From contig JANKJI020000002.1 of the NCBI GenBank assembly GCA_024626585.2, forward strand, positions 152,343,971 to 152,374,978: a stretch of DNA of 31,008 nt, written 5' to 3'. The translations under genes and the position numbers were made by a program. The notes under the pieces are model-generated. The model was not told the DNA's origin. It searched no databases and saw only the letters and a list, made by a program, of their open reading frames with translations. Below, piece by piece: positions 23,088-31,008 of the stretch; within the stretch, counting starts at the first letter, position 1, and every line of letters starts with the position of its first letter. The DNA comes from Ginkgo biloba. Its lineage: Eukaryota > Plantae > Ginkgophyta.

Positions 23088-23844
23088 NNNNNNNNNNNNN
23101 NNNNNNNNNNNNNNNNNNNNNNNNNNNNNNNNNNNNNNNNNNNNNNNNNNNNNNNNNNNNNNNNNNNNNNNNNNNNNNNNNNNNNNNGAGAAAAATAAAG
23201 CTAGGGGTTTTAGGACCTCTTAATTTGATTTTAGTGAATAGTTAGGAAGTCAACTAATTATGTACTAGAATCTAGAGGGATATGTATTATGGAAGAGAGG
23301 AAAAAGGGCCCCTAGTACAGGTAAAAATTCATTTGAGGATAGTATCCAAAAAAAAGGCTAAAAATAGAAGATGCCCCCTGTTAGAGGGTATAACTGGTGA
23401 TGAGCCTTGTAGATAGCATACGCNNNNNNNNNNNNNNNNNNNNNNNNNNNNNTTCTAAGGATCATAATAGCTAATGAAAATTGTTGTTGCCCAACACGCC
23501 CCATGCCAAGAAATTGCAGGGACCCCTATTTTATTTATTTATTTTTCTTCTTTCCTAACTCACTGGTGGGAGTAGTAGAAGTGTGTCAATATGAAAACTG
23601 GAGACTACTCTTGATGGATCCACCTTTATAATTCCACTCTGGATGTTCGCATTATCTTTCTATATGTGAGTTTTACTCGGCCTAGTGAAATACTTAGCAT
23701 TCAGAAAAATAGAAACCTCTTCTTTTCTAAGACTATAGCACCATGTCATGTTTTTGTTTTATTTTATAATTATTCATTTAAAACCCATTTCACGGGGTTA
23801 TTTGTGGTTGAAATATATTATGCGTAAGACACAGGGGTTACAAG

Positions 23845-25012
23845 ATGGCACCATGCGGCGGGTTATTGTTCTATTTTCCCTGCGGGCTGAAGGTGGATCT
23901 AATAATTTCTAATGCAGGTCAGTGGAATCCTCACGGGCCCAAGTCTCCTGAGATTCTGACACATGGCATGATCCTGAGCCTAGAGCCCACGAAAAACCCG
24001 ATACATGAAAGTGCAGGAAAGAAAGGATTCAACTCCCACCTCAAGGGTGAACGGCAGTGCACGGTGATATGTGGTAGCCTCCTGCGCCCCCCTCTCATTA
24101 AGATTATTAAGGAAGTCAAAAGATAAAAGGGTCATGAGGGAAAGAGACGCGAGATGAGAACATGTGTCGTTACCTTGGGAAAGAATGAAGCTAGGCACTC
24201 GAAGGAAAGAACTCTCATTGAGAGAAAAGACCTATGGACCCTGACTCACAAGAAGATGATATGCGTCATACTTCTCATTGCTCTTAACAGTCCTCGTAGA
24301 GTTTCGAAGAGAAAGCCAAGAGCACACCATGACACTATGCGATCATGACAGGTGTCTCAATCCCAAGGGCTTGGGGCCCCGAACGCCACTCCACCCATCA
24401 CTTCCCCTTATGTGACTAGCCCAATCACCACCTCTACAACCATGGTCCCTTACTCGACCTCATAATCACCAACCATCATGTCCTCTACTCCTTCCATTTC
24501 CCCTTCCTCTGAATCGCCCGTAATTACCACTAAAGGGGAAGACTCCCCGATGACCTGAGATGCCCTAACCATAAACCCACTCAACTTATCAAGGGAAATT
24601 CATCTCCCACTATCACTCTCCCTCAAGCCAACCATTTAGAGATCGCCCACATTCATAATCCCTGCCATCATACTAGGATCTTTACTCATTACTCTCCCCT
24701 CAATAGAGCTCGAGAGGGCACCCCTCATAGACCCTATTGATGTCGCTCACTTAGAGGATGCTCAATATGACACCCCACCATCCATGGTGAGTAAATCATA
24801 GTGGATTCAAATGCAATTGGCCAAGGCTGAAGAAATGGGCCATCTACTCCCAAGCCCCCCTAGGTGACACTGGAATATGACAAAGCCACCAATAGTTTAA
24901 AAAGAGTCACCAATAGAAAGATCAGCTCTGGGGACCAGGTCACCACCTTCCAAATAGAAGAAAATTTATTATCCCTAACTCAAAAAAGGAAGAGGGAAGG
25001 TGGTGTGTACTT
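23845..25012 (+). pseudogene. Large TE accessory ORF relic, copy 2
   Basis: ORFs 23845-24126 and 24154-24348 and the S/T/P-rich stretch to ~24860 share one frame. After a 1-nt shift it reads VTLEYDKATNSLKRVTNRKISSGDQVTTFQIEENLLSLTQKRKRE. Strong nucleotide similarity to 25113-25825 from ~24350 on. Confidence 0.75.
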
Positions 25013-25112
25013 NNNNNNNNNNNNNNNNNNNNNNNNNNNNNNNNNNNNNNNNNNNNNNNNNNNNNNNNNNNNNNNNNNNNNNNNNNNNNNNNNNNNNNNN
25101 NNNNNNNNNNNN

Positions 25113-26119
25113 TCCACCTGAGACATCAAGTACTGTCCAAACTCTTGATACCATTACTCCACCTATCATTACCCCTTTGGTGACTATCCCAGTCATCACC
25201 ACCTCCAAGACCACATACTCCTTTGTGCTCTCACAGCCATCAATCACTGTCTTCTCTACTCCTTTCACTTCCTCATCTACCCAAACATATGAAATCATCA
25301 CCACTGGAGAGTAATAATCCCTTGTGACCCATGATACCCTAACCATAGACCCACTCAACTTATCAAGGGGAATTTGCCTCCCACCCTCACTCTCCCTCAA
25401 GCCAATCATTTGGAGATTTCCCACATTCATAATCCATGCCCCTATCATTTCTATGACCTCATTCATGCCTGAGGTCAAAGTCACCACCATCACCCTAGAA
25501 TATTCACTCTCTAATCCCCCCTTGATAGAGCTCGAGGAGGTTCCCCTCATAGAACCTATTGATGATTCTCACTTAGAGGATGCTCAGTATGTCTCCCCTC
25601 CATCCATAGTGAGAAAATCGTAGTGGATTCAAATGCAATTGGCCAAGGATGAAGAATTGTGCTCAGCTACTCCCAATGCCCCCAAGGTGATATTAGAATA
25701 TGATAGATCCACTAGCAGTTTGAAAAGGGTCACCAAGAGAAATATTAGAACCGAGGACCAAGTCACCACCTTCCAAATAGAAGAAAATTTATTTTCCTTG
25801 ACTCAAAAAAGGAAGAGGGAAACCTGAATGACTAACATAGACAATAGGGAATTGATAGCGGACCTAGTGTCCATAGTATAATCAACGAATAAAATATCAA
25901 AGGAATCCATGGAAAGGATGCAATTGGAATTATCATAGGGCTAGGATAGGATTATGGCTCTGCCATCCATGGGGGTACATATAGGAGGCTCCCTTAAGGA
26001 TTTGTAATGATCCTTTGTGAAGGTGGAAGAAGCCCATAGTAGAGGTGAGGAAACCCATCATAGGATCAAAAACTTCTTAGATCAGATAGAGGGATGGGAA
26101 GTGAAGATCACTACCCTTT
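25113..26119 (+). pseudogene. Large TE accessory ORF relic, copy 3
   Basis: ORFs 25000-25314, 25324-25623, 25633-25827 and 26017-26232 are one frame broken by stops: WIQMQLAK..PKVILEYDRSTSSLKRVTKRNIRTEDQVTTFQIEENLFSLTQKRKRE...SLKDL**SFVKVEE..LDQIEGWEVKITTL. Confidence 0.8.
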
Positions 26120-26399
26120 NNNNNNNNNNNNNNNNNNNNNNNNNNNNNNNNNNNNNNNNNNNNNNNNNNNNNNNNNNNNNNNNNNNNNNNNNNNNNNNNN
26201 NNNNNNNNNNNNNNNNNNNAACATATCTATGAATGCATCCAACAATACTATAATATTTGAATGTTACTAATAAACTTGTATAACATACATGTAATAAATT
26301 TAGCCTACAAATCCATCCTATAGCCAACTCATGAAGAGAGTGATCTAACAAGTAGTATTAGCCTATTTGGGACAAACCAATGACATTAATCCCACAAGA

Positions 26400-27415
26400 G
26401 AAGGAAGTTGATAAGTAATACCATCCTTCTTTAGATGATAATTGTTATTCCTTCCATTATAGGTGGTATGCTTATGAATTTAAAAGGGGAATCCCAAGAA
26501 ATATTTCACATTATTCCATTAGGACCACATATCAAGTTATCTTCTCCAAGTAATATTGAATAATAAAATGTACAATATGCACCCATTCCCCCTGACTATG
26601 AGAGCTACTTGAACTAACACAATATAAACTATAAGATGAAGGGTTTGGTTGGGTGGGAAGATTACGATCCTAAACCAACTAAGAATAAATGATATTCTTC
26701 ATGCTATCAATATCTTAAATCAAGGAAGTTATATTTCCCTTGACCTAATCTCTCTGAAAAAAGAGTTTCTCTCTACTAATGAAGTATAATGATATGTTAG
26801 TGAGGGCCAAGCATTTTTTGACATATATTTTACCTTAAAGATCCATCGATTGGTATCCATATATTTTTGCAAAGATATTATACTTATTTAAACCCTTATT
26901 CTTAGGATTTAAATAGCATTCCTCTTTGGTGTGTCCATGACATTTATAAAAATTGTAATATTTTCTCCTATTAATTGGCTTGCTATTCCCTTTCCATTTT
27001 CCTATATCCTATCTCCCCTAGATGCATAGGAAGGAGAAGAAGAATAACATCCATTTTTCTTCCTTGAATTAAATAAGGAAGAAGAGGAAAAATTATTGGA
27101 AGGAGGATTTGGATTTTGAAGATTATTCTCTAATTTTAAAGCATAAGTGTATGCTTTATCCAAACTGATAATGGGTATTATATTGAGCTCCTACTAGTAG
27201 GCTAAAAAGAGTCCACTTAAAAAAATTAAGGGTGAGGCTCTCCTCACTCTTTCCAATACTCCATTTAATACTAATTTTTGGGAACTCATCTATGTATTCC
27301 TACATGGATTTTAGCATGATAAATGTTGCCACATTTTCATAAGTTTCTCTATATAATCCATTAGAATAAAATTTCCTTTAGATAAGTTGCTTCATGTAAT
27401 CCCATGAAGTCATAT
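26400..27415 (-). mobile_element. Decayed Ty3/Gypsy gag + protease (CRM-like)
   Basis: TSWDYMKQLI*GKFY, EYIDEF, FLSGL, SLDKAYTYALKLE. Eroded CCHC knuckle YNFYKCHGHTKEEC (26916-26957), then KLFF..VKGNITSLI*DIDSMKNII...LPTQPNPSSYSL and VVLME*CEIFLGIP. Confidence 0.8.
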
Positions 27416-27423
27416 GGTATTAA

Positions 27424-28319
27424 TGTATTATTACTATATACATGAAAAGATTACCTCATTATATAAAATCATGCTCGGTCATCTTCAATTTTGATTCATT
27501 TTTGGATCAAAAATAAGTTTTTATCATTTTCAGAATAGTCACCTTTCGGGCACATTTGAGAAAAATACGTACAGATTCATCTAATTCTTAATGAAGGAAA
27601 GTTGTATCCCTTGTTGTTAGATTTAAAATAATTACAATAACATGAAAAATAGAGCTATGGTTCAAAATTTATGGTCAAAATAGCAGTTTCCTATCATTAT
27701 GTTATTTGCTCTTAGATTGTCTTATGCAATCGACATGGTCTTCTTATGCAACTGGCTCGGTCATCTTAGATCACAGAAGAAGACAACCAAAGTGTAAAAC
27801 TGAGAAAAAACAATTTTTTTTAGAAATGGCAAGATGAAAGGCAATGAACAGGGCATCCTCATCACAACCACATCATGGTAGCCTCTTATTGCATTCAGTT
27901 ATATGAACTATTGAACTTCCTCTTATAGTTGGGCAACCGAAGGGATGATGGAAAATGAAAGACCAATAAACAACGAATAAAATAAAGAATAACAAATCTG
28001 AAAAACAGGGAGGGAGCAGACAAACAGAGGAGAACAGAGAGGAGACATAATAAATAAAAAGGAAGTTTTCTTGCCAGTTAGAGCAGAAAACAAGCTTCTT
28101 CTCTTAAAATCATATTTTATAAAATTTCTTTGAGGTTGCTTCAAGAAATAAAATATAATTTTTTAATCCCAAGAGGGATTTTCTCCACTTTAAAAACATT
28201 TGTCTCTATTTACTTATCTGTGATGCATTTCTTTCTTTGGTGAACGTTAAAAATCACTACAATTGCCTCCATTTAAGACTGCAAGATCTTTGATTGTTGA
28301 AGCCTGTGCATGACACAGA
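27424..28319 (+). mobile_element. LTR-like sequence interrupting the gag relic
   Basis: gag similarity stops at ~27420, where TGTATTA begins. A variant of the shared LTR motif lies at 28159-28196, with short ~22-bp repeats at 27710-27770. Confidence 0.5.
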
Positions 28320-28419
28320 NNNNNNNNNNNNNNNNNNNNNNNNNNNNNNNNNNNNNNNNNNNNNNNNNNNNNNNNNNNNNNNNNNNNNNNNNNNNNNNNN
28401 NNNNNNNNNNNNNNNNNNN

Positions 28420-29580
28420 TTGATCCATATGGGATACTATCAAAGGTTTACCAAAAAAATCCAAAGATAACACATCCCTTCGACAAGCTACTACATAAAG
28501 GAATTGTCTTCACTTGGGGAACAGATCAAAAATAAGCATCCAAAGAATTAGAATTAAGTATAGTTAGTGATACTATCATGGTTTTTTATAACTGAGATAA
28601 AGAATTGTACATACATGTTGATGCATCCTAGTTTGTAATTGCTTGTACTTTGGCACAAAAAGGCACAAATAAATTGGATCACCCAATTTTTTTTTACCAA
28701 TCATCAACTAAATGACATAGAATGTAATTATAATATGGAACAATAGAAAGGGCTACATATGATATCCTTAGTTGAAAATTTCTACCACTATTTTCTCTTA
28801 AATACACTTATAATTTTTGTAAACCACCAAGCTTTATTGTATTTGGTTAATAAACTTGTAATTCATGGGAAGATCAATTGATGGCTTTTGTTGTTGTAAG
28901 AGGTCAACTTTTGGGTGGTCATGAGATTAGGAAAATCTCATATAGTAGTAGACCACATATCACATGTTCAGTTAGGAGAACCCCCAATAAGGATAAGTGA
29001 TCATTTTCTTAATGCATAATTATTTAGTGCCATATGATACCAAGGCATTATGGAGTACTTTTGAAGAGGGACATTCTTAAAAATAATAACCGTAAGATAA
29101 TATAGAGAAATTTCTAAGAATTTAGGTACCTTTTAGTTAATTAGAGGTCTCCTATATCAAATGGATATAGATCAAGTATTAATAAGGTACATTTTACCGC
29201 ACGAGGTGGAGAAAATAATTTAGAAAGTATACACTAGCTCGTCTAGAAAGCACATTAAGTTAATGGTGAGGAAGATATTGTTAACTGGAATATTATGGCC
29301 TTGTATTATTTAAGAAACTAAGCAATTTATAAAGAAATATGATATTTTTCTAAGGATGGAAAAGCCATGTAAGGGAGATTTCATGCCTCNNNNNNNNNNN
29401 NNNNNNNNNNNNNNNNNNNNNNNNNNNNNNNNNNCTGGAATTCATGGGTCCCTTTGAAAATCCATCCTGAAGAGGATAGTGTAAGTATATAATTTTTCCA
29501 ATAGAATATTTAAGTAATTAGATCAAATCTTGATCTCTGCCAAATAATTCTACCTAGAGTGTTAAAATAATTCATGTTTA
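28420..29580 (+). mobile_element. Degenerate Ty3/Gypsy RNase H-integrase fragment, same lineage as 370-3430
   Basis: DKELYIHVDAS*FVIACTLAQKG..LDHPIFF, NHQALLYLVNKLVIHGKIN*WLLLL*EVNF, GKSHIVVDHISH, GLLYQMDIDQVL, GILWP, LEFMGPFENP, YIIFPIEYLSN. Confidence 0.92.
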
Positions 29581-29782
29581 CATTATTCTATTAAGGCTCA
29601 TAACCTAAAGTTGTGAGACCCAATGCATTTAATGTAATATTATATTCATAAAGGGGTGATTCATTAGGATACCACTCATAAGNNNNNNNNNNNNNNNNNN
29701 NNNNNNNNNNNNNNNNNNNNNNNNNNNNNNNNNNNNNNNNNNNNNNNNNNNNNNNNNNNNNNNNNNNNNNNNNNNNNNNNNN

Positions 29783-30778
29783 TTAAGGGGGCGAATAGGA
29801 GGATTTAAAAGGGAAGAAAGAAGAAGAGGAGAATGGTTTGGAGAATTTTGATTGTATATAGTATGGGTGATTATTGAACCTTACACTACAACCAAACAAT
29901 AAGAACCCTCATGAATATGGTGATGGGTTAATTAATAAGATTATGAAAAAACTTTAATAGGCATTAATGGTTACCACTAGACTTAGGCAAGTACCCTCAT
30001 AAGAATTTGGGACTTGTCTACTTACTCAAAAAATCAGAGGTGTATTCAACAAGTGTTAGCCAAGGTGGAGGGAGAAAATTCTTGATAGAGTGTCAGAAGA
30101 TGTATTTAAATGGGTATTCTATTTAACAAGGGTGAGCTTAGGGGGATAGAGTGAACTGACCATACTTGAGGAAGCACATTTTCTTACTAGGCCCTCCATG
30201 TAGAATATTCATTCAGATCCCTATAGGGGAATATCCAATATATAGAATAAATGGTTGAGGAACAATATATGGAAGAACTCAAGGAATAATTATGGGTTCC
30301 CTAAAAATATTTGGAAGATGATAAGAGGAAGGCTACATAAACTATCCTCCAACTAGAATTGATAAAATCAAAATTAGAAACATATCAGAAGAGGTACAAG
30401 AAAGAGTTAGAGGAAACAAAATTTTAATTATAGATTCCATTTAAAGAAAAGATGGAAGTAGAAAAACTAAAGTGGAAGAGGGAATACAAGCAAGATCTAG
30501 AGAAGTGGACCATTCGATAAAGGACAAAAATAGAAATAAAATTTTAACATTAGATTATAGGGTTGGAGTGCAAGTTAGCCAAGGAATGGTGGGCTTATAC
30601 CAAAATGGATCAAGCAGTAAATATTATGGTCAATAAGCATAAAACACTTGAGAGGGAAATCACCAAAATCCATGGAGGAAATGTTGGGACATCCCATCTA
30701 ATGGAGAAAAAGGACACTACTACTGAGCATATAGTTTTGGCAACCACTCCCTCTATACATTCATATTCTTTATCTTAA
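29783..30778 (+). pseudogene. Decayed coiled-coil-rich ORF, probably TE-associated
   Basis: One frame from ~30251: MVEEQYMEELKE*..ILQLELIKSKLETYQKRYKKELEETKF..KMEVEKLKWKREYKQDLEKW..LECKLAKEWWAYTKMDQAV..KHKTLEREITK. Glu/Lys-rich and heptad-like, with stops. Confidence 0.45.
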
Positions 30779-31008
30779 TTTTTCTATTGATTTGAGAAAG
30801 ACATTCAAAATTTTGAGGGGAAATAGATGTTAGGTGATAAATTATGTTATAGTTATCCCCAACATTTTGTATAAGCTCGGAGCAACCTTTGATAATGTAG
30901 TAATATATAATGTAGCTTGGGGAGTCGAATGATGGATGTTTAAGAGTTACTCAATAATCCTTTCATAGGATTTTTAGGGATTAGAAATTATAATACATTA
31001 ATTAGTAT

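Larger units (their letters stand above)
3620..29782. other. Sixteen placeholder gaps of exactly 100 N
   Basis: Gaps start at 3620, 5733, 7161, 8322, 10302, 12379, 13553, 14781, 17640, 19658, 20902, 23088, 25013, 26120, 28320 and 29683. Six shorter sized gaps (14-78 N) also occur. Confidence 0.97.

Noticed and set aside
24975-25550. 191-aa Val/Gly/Met-rich minus-strand ORF
   Set aside because: It is the antisense shadow of the Thr/Pro/Ser-rich plus-strand frame and spans a gap.
24350-26119. Local tandem duplication of the accessory ORF
   Set aside because: The copies are separated by a placeholder gap and differ by indels and many substitutions, so physical adjacency is unproven.
1-31008. 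A prokaryotic or viral system (defence island, operon, endogenous virus)
   Set aside because: There are no intact ORFs or operon structure and no recognisable viral movement, coat or Rep motifs. All identifiable RT/RNase H/integrase segments are of LTR-retrotransposon type.

Overview
This is eukaryotic plant nuclear DNA, probably from a large gymnosperm-type genome (inferred from the retroelement types only). It is AT-rich, CpG-depleted and made almost entirely of decayed LTR retrotransposons. The window is not continuous: 17 pieces of about 1.0-3.6 kb are joined by 16 spacers of exactly 100 N, so adjacency across those gaps cannot be trusted. I found no intact protein-coding gene, RNA gene or CRISPR array. 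Recognisable coding relics are two non-chromovirus Ty3/Gypsy pol fragments (370-3430 minus; 28420-29580 plus), a Ty1/Copia RT fragment, two CRM-like gag/protease fragments and several stop-riddled ORFs of unknown function. There are also several related LTRs: one complete 1072-bp 3' LTR with its PPT, and two LTR ends followed by a tRNA-iMet PBS. The best leads are (1) a Gag/capsid-like domain lying between protease and RT inside one pol, (2) a large non-gag/pol ORF present in three diverged copies, (3) a 25-bp array of palindromic DRE/CRT-like units in an LTR, (4) a hairpin-like motif shared by five otherwise divergent LTRs, and (5) a weakly supported multi-exon gene relic. All translations and alignments were done by eye and no database search was run.
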